Assembly: GCF_006345805.1 (NCBI RefSeq)
Contig: NW_021823738.1
Location: 1 to 21,149, forward strand
Direction: 5' to 3'
DNA from: Octopus sinensis
Lineage: Eukaryota
Length of the DNA stretch: 21,149 nucleotides
Position numbers and translations under genes: made by a program. The notes below the pieces were generated by a model. It worked only from the letters and a program-made list of their open reading frames with translations. It did no database searches and was not told the DNA's origin. Of this stretch, positions 1 to 8,715 are shown in pieces. Positions within the stretch are counted from its first letter, which is position 1; each line of letters begins with the position of its first letter.

Positions 1-205
1 CAGTCACGTGAGTCTTTTTCGAACGTTCCGCGCAGTCCATCGATCATTTTGTCTGTTTAAACGTTCCTTACAGCGCATCAGTCACACCAGTCTTTGTAAC
101 GGCTCCGCACAGTACATCTATCATATCGGTCTTTTAAAACCGTTTTGTATACCACATCAATCCCATCAGTCTTCTTTTAATTGTTCCATACAGCACATCA
201 ATCAG
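1..205. repeat. Degenerate tandem repeat, about 5 units of 38-41 bp
   Basis: Anchor (A/G/C)CATC ends at 41, 79, 118, 158 and 199. Units also share GTCT..TT, AAC/AAT-G-(T/G)-TCC and CAG..CATC motifs. Confidence 0.6.
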
Positions 206-362
206 ATATTTCTATCTATGCCAACCATATTCCTTGGCTTCTAACCCGTTTCTTGGACAAAGAAGGTTATTTGAATGTCACAACATACATGCAACGAAGC
301 GTAGAGATGGGGAAAGAGAGAGAAAGAGAAGAATCGATCTCATAACTTTATTGGTATATTAT

Positions 363-469
363 TTACCTTCTGAGCTCAAATTCCGCCGACGATATTGTAC
401 CTTTCATCCTTTCGGGGGGTCGATAAAATAAAATACTCATTGAGCAGTGGGGTCGCTATAATCGACTAT
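363..469 (+). mobile_element. SINE family A, older host copy, 5' part (interrupted by a younger copy)
   Basis: B-box-like GAGCTCAAATTCC, then CCTTTCATCCTTTCGGGGG-TCGATAAAATAA and GGGGTCGCTATAATCGACT, the same module order as the copy at 472. Confidence 0.8.
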
Positions 470-471
470 AA

Positions 472-692
472 AGGCGGCGAGCTGGCAGAAACGTTAGCAC
501 GCCGGGCGAAATGCGTAGCCGTATTTCGTCTGCCGCTACGTTGTGAGTTCAAATTCCGCCGAGGTCGACTTTACCTTTCATCCTTTCGGGGTCGATTAAA
601 TAAGTACCAGTTACGCACTGGGGTCGATACAATCGACTTAATCCGTTTGTTTGTCCTCTCGGTGTTTAGCCCCTTGTGGGTAGTAAAGAAAT
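472..692 (+). mobile_element. tRNA-derived SINE family A, full length, with LINE-like 3' tail
   Basis: Head GGCGGCGAGCTGGCAGAAACG (A-box-like), B-box GAGTTCAAATTCC, central GGTCGAC..CCTTTCATCCTTTCGGGGTCGAT..AAGTACCAG module, tail ending TAAAGAAAT. Flanked by the direct repeat TATAATCGACTAT at 457-469 and 694-706 (TSD). Confidence 0.9.
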
Positions 693-693
693 A

Positions 694-750
694 TATAATC
701 GACTATCCCCACCTCTCTTAAAATTGCTAGCCCTATACCAAAGTTAGATA
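694..750 (+). mobile_element. SINE family A, 3' part of the host copy that begins at 363
   Basis: Resumes with TATAATCGACTATCCCC..AAAATTGCTAGCCCTATACCAAA, resembling the tails of the copies at 6586 and 8478. Confidence 0.75.
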
Positions 751-794
751 AGACTAATTCTGGGATTTGGAATGATGAAAGACAATGATGATAT

Positions 795-870
795 CGGCGA
801 GATTTGAACTCAGGACACTTCTGCGAGCTGTGTTTTTTCCCGAACCTTTTAACGATTCTGCTAATCACCA
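795..870 (-). mobile_element. Highly diverged family A SINE head
   Basis: Reverse complement contains TAGCAGAATCGTTA and CTGAGTTCAAATCTCGCCGA. Confidence 0.5.
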
Positions 871-1075
871 CCACCACCTTAGGTTTTGTTTATGGAAATA
901 TAAATAAAAATATAAACAAAAAGAAAACTCCAGCTATTATGTTTCTCAAATAAATGGTAAAGGAAGTAATTTGGTGTAAGTATAGTAAGTATGTTGCTAG
1001 CTCTGTGAAACAACATTTTCACTTTAAAAAAAAAACCCCAAAAAAACCTAAATATTTAATTTAACTTTTGTCAAG

Positions 1076-1162
1076 TTGGTTCTTCTGAGAAAAGTCTGCG
1101 AGAATTGTTAACCGAAAATCTGCTGACTTCGGTAAAACGTAAAAGAGTGAGAAGTGAGTTTG
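1076..1162 (+). other. Candidate 87-nt coding exon (phase 1-1), product unknown
   Basis: AT-rich acceptor TTAACTTTTGTCAAG| and consensus donor |GTAAGT. Open frame xGSSEKSLRELLTENLLTSVKRKRVRSEF. No homology recognised. Confidence 0.3.
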
Positions 1163-1261
1163 GTAAGTTTGGGGTGAATTACATGACAAGATTTGGAGAG
1201 AGAGGGAATAACTAGAATTATGACGGTGGGTGGGTGTAATTGTAGGGTTATGTGGCTGTCT

Positions 1262-1545
1262 CACACACACAAACACACACACACACACACACAACACAAC
1301 ACACACACACACACACACACTCAGAAGTATATAGAAACTCATACATATATGGACGCGTATTAAGAAACGTTGCACACACGACCATACTACACTCCGAAGG
1401 TATTATGAAGTTCTGTGTGTACACATACACACAAGCAAGCGTACACGCGCACACATATATGAGAAAGTATAGCAATACACACAAAGTTACGACACACGCA
1501 TACACAAACACAGACACAGACGTACACACAAATACACACATAAAT
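1262..1545. repeat. (CA)n and degenerate CA/TA-rich microsatellites
   Basis: Direct reading. Confidence 0.9.
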
Positions 1546-1587
1546 TCATTGATACATATCCTCAAAATGCCGTTATAGGCGTGAATT

Positions 1588-1969
1588 TTCTTTTACTTGT
1601 TTCAGGCATTTAACTGCGGCCATGCTGGAGCACCGCCTTTAGTCGAGCAAGTCGACCCCAGGACTTATTCTTTGTAAGCCTGGTACTTATTCTATGGGTC
1701 ACTTTTGCCGAGCCGCTAAGTTACGGGAACGCAAACACACCAGCATCGGTTGTCAAGCGATGTTGGGGGAGACAAATACAGACACATAAACATATACACA
1801 CACATACATATATATATATACACATATATACCACGGGCTTTTTTCAGTTTCCGTCTACCAAATCCACTCACAAGGCTTTGGTCGCCCCGAACCTATAGTA
1901 GAAGACACTTGCTCAAGGTGCCACACAGTGGGACTGAACCCGTAAGCATGTGGTTGGTAAGCAAGCTAC
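1588..1969 (-). mobile_element. tRNA-derived SINE family B, near full length, with internal CA/TA microsatellite
   Basis: Reverse complement matches the + copy at 3360: GTAGCTTGCTTACCAACCACATG..GGGTTCAGTCCCAC..GTGTCTTCTACTATAG..GACCAAAGCCTTGTGAGTGGATTTGGTAGACGGAAACTGAAA. It ends CCAGCATGGCCGCAGT..GAAACAAGTAAAAGAA. Confidence 0.92.
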
Positions 1970-1977
1970 GTCATTGT

Positions 1978-2012
1978 CTTTTTTGTTTCAGTCATTAGAC
2001 TGCGGTCATACT

Positions 2013-2015
<3 letters not shown>
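1978..2015 (-). mobile_element. SINE family B 3' terminal fragment
   Basis: GTTTCAGTCATTAGACTGCGGTCATACTGGA matches 1599-1630. Confidence 0.75.
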
Positions 2016-2078
<63 letters not shown>

Positions 2079-2200
2079 ATATTTATACATATGTGTGCGT
2101 GTGTGTTTTACGGTGTGTGTGTGTGTATGTATACACACACACACACCGTAAAACACACACACACACACACATATACAGGTGTGTATGCTTGTATGCATTC
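2016..2200. repeat. (TA)n followed by a (GT)n/(AC)n palindrome
   Basis: 2099-2128 and 2131-2160 are exact reverse complements separated by a 2-nt loop. Confidence 0.9.
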
Positions 2201-2214
2201 ATCCATGGCCCGTA

Positions 2215-2477
2215 TCTCCGTCGGTTACGACGACGAGGGTTCCAGTTGATCGGATAAACGGAACAGCCTGCTAGTGTGCCCTTAACGTAGTTCTGGGGGA
2301 GATCCAACGTGACACAGAGTGTGACAAGGCTGTCTCTTTTGACTTACAGGTGCAACTCGTTTTGCCAAGTGAGTGAAGTGGTGCAACGATAAATAAAGTG
2401 TCTTGCTGAGGGATATCGAACTCACCACGTTATAATCGTGAGCTGAAAGCCCCAACCTCTAAGCCACGCGCCTTCAC
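2215..2477 (-). mobile_element. tRNA-derived SINE family C, internally deleted
   Basis: GGTTACGACGACGAGGGTTCCAGTTGATCGGA..CCTTAACGTAGTTCT..GTGACACAGAGTGTGACAAGG is shared with 8716-9060. On the minus strand, a tRNA-like head GTGAAGGCGCGTGGCTTAGAGGTTGGGG..GAGTTCGAT ends at 2477. Confidence 0.85.
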
Positions 2478-2769
2478 ACACATATAGACACACACACATA
2501 CACACACGCACTCACACATACACGCGCATAAGTAAGGACATAGATGCAAGACATGCTGGAATTAATAGTACTCGCATACCAAACGTTGAATAAAGTACCC
2601 TTTACTGTAGCCGAAGAACACTTCAAAAACTTATTTAGTTTCGCGTTACCGCTTGTCGGACAGTTGAGATTATACTGATAATATAATCACAAATGCCCTA
2701 CGAATGGTAACGTGAAACTCTGAGTAACAGTCTGGGAAGCGATTTTGGTTCTTTAATAAAAACTATATA

Positions 2770-2777
2770 CACGCACG

Positions 2778-2849
<72 letters not shown>

Positions 2850-2857
2850 ACACACAC
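2770..2857. repeat. (CGCA)n-(CA)n microsatellite
   Basis: Direct reading. Confidence 0.95.
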
Positions 2858-2902
2858 GACGATACGCACATACATGCATACGTACTGTCTATATTATGTA
2901 CA

Positions 2903-3078
2903 AGGCGACGAGCTGGCAGAAACCGGCGAAATGCTTAGCGGAATTTCTCTGTCTTTACGTTCTGAGTTCAAATTCCGTCGAGGACGAATTAAGTACCAGT
3001 TGCGTACTGAGGTCGACCTATTCGACAGGCCCCACCCCGAAAATTTCGGGCCTTGTACCTAGAGTAGAAAAGAATATC
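2903..3078 (+). mobile_element. SINE family A with internal deletions
   Basis: GGCGACGAGCTGGCAGAAA head, GAGTTCAAATTCC, TTAAGTACCAGTTGCGTACTG, tail AAATTTCGGGCCTTGTACCTAGAGTAGAAAAGAAT. Confidence 0.9.
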
Positions 3079-3119
3079 TATATCAAGTATACAGATAAAA
3101 ATAACAAACAAGCAATTCA

Positions 3120-3172
3120 CATATAAACATATAAATATGTACACAAATACTACATATACATATATATTACAT

Positions 3173-3240
<68 letters not shown>

Positions 3241-3275
3241 ATATATTTATAATATATATATATATTATATTTATA
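3120..3275. repeat. (TA)n microsatellite
   Basis: Direct reading. Confidence 0.95.
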
Positions 3276-3359
3276 CATGCATGCATAACACATTTTATAT
3301 GTAGGCATATATGCATATATATTTACGCATATATCTAAATATCGCTATCTATATCTGTT

Positions 3360-3514
3360 AGTGGCTGTGTGGTAAGTAGTTTGCTTACCAACCACGTGGT
3401 CTCGAGTTCAGTCCCAATGCGTGGGAGCTTCGGTAAGTGTCTTCTACTATAGCCTCGGGCCGACCAAAGCCTTGTGAGTGGATTTGGTAGACGGAAACTG
3501 AAAGAAGCCCGTCT

Positions 3515-3546
<32 letters not shown>

Positions 3547-3883
3547 TGTATGTATGTATGTATGTATGTATGTATGTGTATGTATGTATGTATGTATGTA
3601 TGTATGTATGTATGTATGTATGTATGTATGTATGTATGTATGTATGTATGTATGTATGTATGTATGTATGTATGTATGTATGTATGTATGTATGTATGTA
3701 TGTATGTATGTATGTATGTATGTATGTATGTGTATGTATGTAGTTGTATGTATTTGTATGTATGTATGTATGTATGATGTATGTATGTATGTATGTATGT
3801 ATGTATGTATGTATGTATGCATGTGTTTGCGTCTCCGTAATCCAGCATGGCCACAGTCAAATGAATGAAACAAGTAAAAGAAT
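3360..3883 (+). mobile_element. SINE family B with a roughly 300-bp internal (TATG)n expansion (3517-3820)
   Basis: Head AGTGGCTGTGTGGTAAGTAG..GAGTTCAGTCCC, body matching the reverse complement of 1830-1969, 3' end CCAGCATGGCCACAGTCAAATGAATGAAACAAGTAAAAGAAT. Confidence 0.92.
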
Positions 3884-4018
3884 ATGTGTGTATGTATGCG
3901 TGCATTTATATATACATACATATATTTATATATATTAATATGCATACATACATATATATACATATATATATATATATACGTATACATATAATAATATAGA
4001 TATATATATATATATTAT

Positions 4019-4118
4019 ATAATATTTTTGTCTTCTTCATTGCTTGTGTGGCACATTTATGCATAACACACACACCACATATACATATATATATACACAT
4101 ATATATGTATGTATATAG

Positions 4119-4167
<49 letters not shown>

Positions 4168-4211
4168 ATAATATATATGCATATATATATTTATCTATAT
4201 ACATATGTATG

Positions 4212-4261
<50 letters not shown>

Positions 4262-4305
4262 GCATAAATGTACCACACAAGCAATGAAGAAGACAAAAAT
4301 ATTAT
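4019..4305. repeat. Inverted repeat (about 55-bp arms) enclosing TA/CA/GT microsatellites
   Basis: 4021-4074 AATATTTTTGTCTTCTTCATTGCTTGTGTGGCACATTTATGCATAACACACAC is the reverse complement of about 4250-4303 with one mismatch. The mirror ORFs 4037..4276(-) and 4048..4287(+) reflect this. Confidence 0.95.
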
Positions 4306-4624
4306 TACCGCCATGTAGCTAATATCTCGTGTAAGACTCCTATCTCACTACGATGAAGTAGTTGAAAGATAAAGCCGTAGATGACGCCACGAAAAGATGG
4401 CGTCTTTCGAAGTCTCGTCTATGTTTGTCTTCAATGAAATTCTCTTTTACTAAGTGAGATATCATATGGGAAGTATTCTTGTAGCCGTCTTTGGGCTCAT
4501 TTACTTTACTTGCTAGGGAGCTTGATTGGAAAACTATAACCTTGTACTTTGTTGTTTGGCTTTGCTAATGACTGACACTCTCCCTCCTCCCCCCTATTCG
4601 TGTCACTGCAAGTATACGTTTTTG

Positions 4625-4799
4625 TATGTACGTAAGTATGTATGTATGTAAGTATGTATGTATGTATGTATGTATGCATCGATGCGTGTACTTATATATA
4701 TATATGTGCGTGTGTTTGCGTGTGTGTATATATATACATACATATATGTGTGTGTCTTCATTCATATATGCACAGATACAATATATATATATATGTATA

Positions 4800-4846
<47 letters not shown>

Positions 4847-4904
4847 TATATATGTATATATATATATATGTATTTGTATATGTATATGTATGTATATATA
4901 TTTT

Positions 4905-4941
<37 letters not shown>

Positions 4942-4980
4942 CGATAGATAGATAAACAGATAGTTAGATAAACAGATAGT

Positions 4981-5051
<71 letters not shown>

Positions 5052-5062
5052 ATAGTTAGATG

Positions 5063-5137
<75 letters not shown>
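4625..5137. repeat. (TATG)n, (TA)n and (GATA)n (4943-5137) microsatellites
   Basis: Direct reading. Confidence 0.95.
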
Positions 5138-5184
5138 GCATGTATGTGTTTACGCATATATGTATACACTTTTAAACAAACACG

Positions 5185-5224
<40 letters not shown>

Positions 5225-5493
5225 ATAACAAGTTTAACTGAAGTGTGTATATCTATCAGTATATATATGTGTGTGTGTGTGTGTTTGTGTGCATGTGTGT
5301 GTATGCATTGTATATATAAATAGGTTGACGGACATATACGTATGTTCGTTAGTGCTTAATGTTTTTACTGAACACATTAAGAGTCCACATTAGTTACATT
5401 TAGTGGCTAATCACCCGAGGGATTGCTGACAATGCGTCTGTGAGAATGTATGTCTTGTGCGCACACGTTCCCCTCCACACACACACACATATG

Positions 5494-5810
5494 TTTGCTC
5501 CCAACGTTATGGTTCCGAGTTCAGTCCCACTGCTTGGCACTTACAAGGTAAATGTTTTCTACTATAACCCTACACCGATTAAAGCTTGGTCAGTGGATTT
5601 GGTAGACGGAAACTGAACGAAGCTCGTCAATTTGTGTTTGAGTTCGTCCTTAATCACTTCTTGACAACCGGTTTTGGTTTGTTTACGTCCTCTTAACTTC
5701 TTGTGATTTGGCATAAGCAACCGATAGAAGAACCAGGCTTTACAAAAATTAAATTCTAGGGTCGATTCATTCGACTAAACCCTTGCAATATGGCCGCTGT
5801 CCAGAAACTG
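5494..5810 (+). mobile_element. Diverged SINE family B copy
   Basis: GGTTCCGAGTTCAGTCCCACTGC..TTCTACTATA..GTGGATTTGGTAGACGGAAACTGAA..ACCGATAGAAGAACCAGGCTT..GGGTCGATTCATTCGACTAAA. Confidence 0.85.
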
Positions 5811-5834
5811 GTACATGAAAAAGATTATATATAT

Positions 5835-5965
5835 TTGTGCGTGCGCGGGTGCATGTGTATGTGTGTGTGTGTGCGTGTTTGTCTGTGTGCGTACGTATGT
5901 GTGTGTGTATGTGTGTGTGTGCGTGCGTGTGTATGTGCGTGTGTGTGTGTGTGTGTGGTGTGTGC
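5835..5965. repeat. (TG)n degenerate microsatellite
   Basis: Direct reading. Confidence 0.9.
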
Positions 5966-6148
5966 TTTTGTGTCTGCATTTGTCCTCACCACCGCCTGCC
6001 AAGCAAACGGTTCGGCAAAGATATCGATAGAATAAGTAACAGGCTTTAATAAAAAAAATGTACGGTAGTCGATTCCGTCGACTAAAAATTCTTCAAGGCG
6101 GTGCCCCAGCATGGCCGGAGTCTAGAGAATGACACAAATAGAAAATAT
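5966..6148 (+). mobile_element. SINE family B 3' half
   Basis: CGGTTCGGCAAAG..CGATAGAATAAGTAACAGGCTT..GTCGATTCCGTCGACTAAA..AAGGCGGTGCCCCAGCATGGCCG matches the reverse complement of 1615-1720. Confidence 0.85.
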
Positions 6149-6192
6149 AGAATAAAAGATATTATTTTGACGTTAATATTCAATATCGTTAA

Positions 6193-6765
6193 GGCGCCGA
6201 GCTGGCAGAATCCTTAGCATACCGGACAAACTGCTTACCGGCACTTCGTCCGTCTTAAAGTTGTGAGTTCAAAATCTACTGAGGTCGACTTTGCCTTTTA
6301 TTCTCCGGGGTCGATCTAATCGACTGGCCCCCTTCTCAAAAATTAAGGGCCTTTTGCCTAGAGTAAAAAAGAATATTTAACATCCTAAAGTGGCGAGCAG
6401 GCAGAATCCTTATTATTCCGGACAAAATGCTTAGCGTCATTTCTCCGTCTTAAAGTTGTGAGTTCAAAATCTACTGAGGTCGACTTTTCCTTTTACCCTC
6501 CGGGGTCGATCTAATCGACTGGCCCCACCTCCTCAAAAATTAAGGGCCTTGTGCCTAGAGTAAAAAAGAATATTTAACACTCTAAATTGGCGAGCAGGCA
6601 GAACCCTTAGCATGCCGGACAAAATACTTAGCGTCATTTCGTCCGTCTTAATGTTGTTAGTTCAAAATCTACTGAGGTCGACGTTACCTTTTACTCTCCG
6701 GGGTCGTTATAATCGACTTACCACTTCCCCTAAATTGCTGGCCTTGTACCGAAATTTGAAGTTAA
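6193..6765 (+). mobile_element. Head-to-tail trimer of SINE family A (period 196-197 bp)
   Basis: The GAGC of the head recurs at 6199, 6395 and 6592. All three copies share AAAATCTACTGAGGTCGAC and the same internal deletion. Confidence 0.92.
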
Positions 6766-7094
6766 TGTTCTACATCCTAATATTTTCGTTCCAAGAGTGT
6801 TTCACGATGGTAAATTGTCGACTTGCTTTAGAGTAATATTTTCGTTCGGTTTTCATTCTTCGATTTGATTATACTATCTAAGGAATTGTCTTTATTCTTT
6901 ATGACATCCGGGACAGACACGCTCATGAATATCGTGGCCAGGCGCGCATTACTGTAATCCCTTATTCTCATTTTTAACGTGCAGTAGTGGTCGATGAAGA
7001 AAAGGGCCAGTGGAATACTGAGGGGCAAGTTGAGCATTATACGCCCGCATCTCAGAAGTTGAGGTCTCTGTCTCTCTCTTAAAATCTTTATTAC

Positions 7095-7560
7095 GTTCAT
7101 CATCACCATCGTCAAACTACGTCACTGCCACCATCACCGCCACCACCACTACATCAACACCACCACCATCACCACCACCACCACCACCATCATCAACATC
7201 ATCATCATCGCCGCCACCAGTACCGACCACCACCGCCACCGCCGCCGCTGCCTACACCACCACCACCACCACTGCCATCACCATCATCTTCATCATTATC
7301 ATCATCATCACCATCACCTACTTCACTGCCACCATCATCACCACCACCACCACCGCTACCACCACCACCACCACCATCATCAACATCATCATCATCATCG
7401 TCATCATCATTGTCATCATCATCATCATCATTGCCGACACCACCACCACCACCGCCGCCGCCTACACCACCACCATCATTTTCGTCATTATCATCATCAT
7501 CATCGACGCCATCATCACCGCTATCACCGTCAGCATCATCGTCGTCATCATTATCTGCTG
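7095..7560. repeat. Compound (CAT)n/(CAC)n/(CGC)n microsatellite containing a roughly 200-bp internal duplication
   Basis: CACTGCCACCATCA at 7123 and 7324; GCCTACACCACCACC at 7250 and 7460. Confidence 0.85.
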
Positions 7561-7619
7561 TTATTACAGCCTGCAATATGACCGAATCATTTCGCATATT
7601 TAACCTTTTATTAAAATGT

Positions 7620-7686
7620 TAACAACAGCAGCGGCAGCATCGTCAGCAGCAACGACATTAATAACGAACAATAATATTAAATAAAG

Positions 7687-7720
<34 letters not shown>

Positions 7721-7800
7721 ACACGCATAAGCAGACAGACGCAAGGGTATACATACAGAGGCATACACAATGCATACAAAATCATACAGACACACAGACA
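7620..7800. repeat. (GCA)n and (CA)n microsatellites
   Basis: Direct reading. Confidence 0.85.
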
Positions 7801-7959
7801 GACGCAGAAAACTATCCCAGGCAAAGCAGAAACAATAATGTAATCATTGAAAGAATAGTGTTTGAAGCTTCTCCGAGAGGGCGCCACATGTCTGGGTCAT
7901 GGCGGCAAAAACCATCAGCGTCCATTTTACATCATTCATTTCTATTGTAGATGGACCTT

Positions 7960-8051
7960 TTTTGTTGTTGTTGTTGTTGTTTTTTTCTTCTTCTTCTTCT
8001 TCTTCTTCTTCTTCTTCTTCTTCTTCTGCTTCTGCTTCTTCTTCTTCTTCT

Positions 8052-8084
<33 letters not shown>

Positions 8085-8345
8085 AAGTTGTATTGTTTTT
8101 GTTGTTGTTATAGCTGTTGACGTTATTCGCGTTGTTCTTGGTGGTGGCGCTGGCTGTTTCTTTTCTTATTCAATTTGTCTCTTATTGTTTGCAGTTGCTG
8201 CAGCTGCTATTGCTGTTGCTGTTGCTGTTGTTGTTGCTGTTGTTGTTGTTGTTGTTGTTGTTGGCTTCCATGTTGTTTTAAGCCGTTATTGCCGTTGTTA
8301 TTTCTGCTGCCGCAGCTGTTTTTTTTTTTTTAATGTTGTTGACGT
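7960..8345. repeat. (TTG)n-(TTC)n-(TTTC)n and (GTT/GCT)n microsatellites
   Basis: Direct reading. Confidence 0.9.
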
Positions 8346-8477
8346 TGTCGTAGACAGCATCACAGCTTTTGTTGTTGTTAATGGTATCAATAATGCTGCT
8401 ATGGTTTGTTTAGTCGCTGATCCAGGTGACATAGAATCGAAGAGTTTCCATCCGTGACCATCCAACTATATATTGGT

Positions 8478-8689
8478 TTCAAATTTTGGCACACAACCAG
8501 CAATTTCGGGGAGGGGGTAAGTCGATTACATTGACCACAAAGTTTAACTGGTACTTATTTTATCGACCCTGAAGGGATGAAAGGCAAAGTCCACCTCGGA
8601 TAGTATTTGAAATTAGAACATAAAAACGGGCGAAATATCGCAAAGTATTTTGTCCGGCGTGCTTAACGATTCTACCAGCTTGCCGCCTT
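8478..8689 (-). mobile_element. SINE family A, near full length
   Basis: Reverse complement reads AAGGCGGCAAGCTGGTAGAATCGTTAAGCACGCCGG..GCCTTTCATCCCTTCAGGGTCGATAAAATAAGTACCAG..TAATCGACTTACCCCC..AAATTGCTGG..GCCAAAATTTGAAACC. Confidence 0.88.
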
Positions 8690-8715
8690 AACTTCCTGCT
8701 ACATATTGACATTAT

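Noticed and set aside
2545-2679. 44-codon ORF MQDMLELIVLAYQTLNKVPF...
   Set aside because: Short, with no recognisable motif; expected by chance.
4310-4570. Stop-free minus-strand frame of about 75 codons in unique sequence
   Set aside because: No convincing splice sites and no recognised motif.
6779-6846. 14-bp direct repeat TAATATTTTCGTTC about 53 bp apart as a TSD
   Set aside because: The enclosed sequence shows no element features; more likely a small local duplication or chance in AT-rich DNA.
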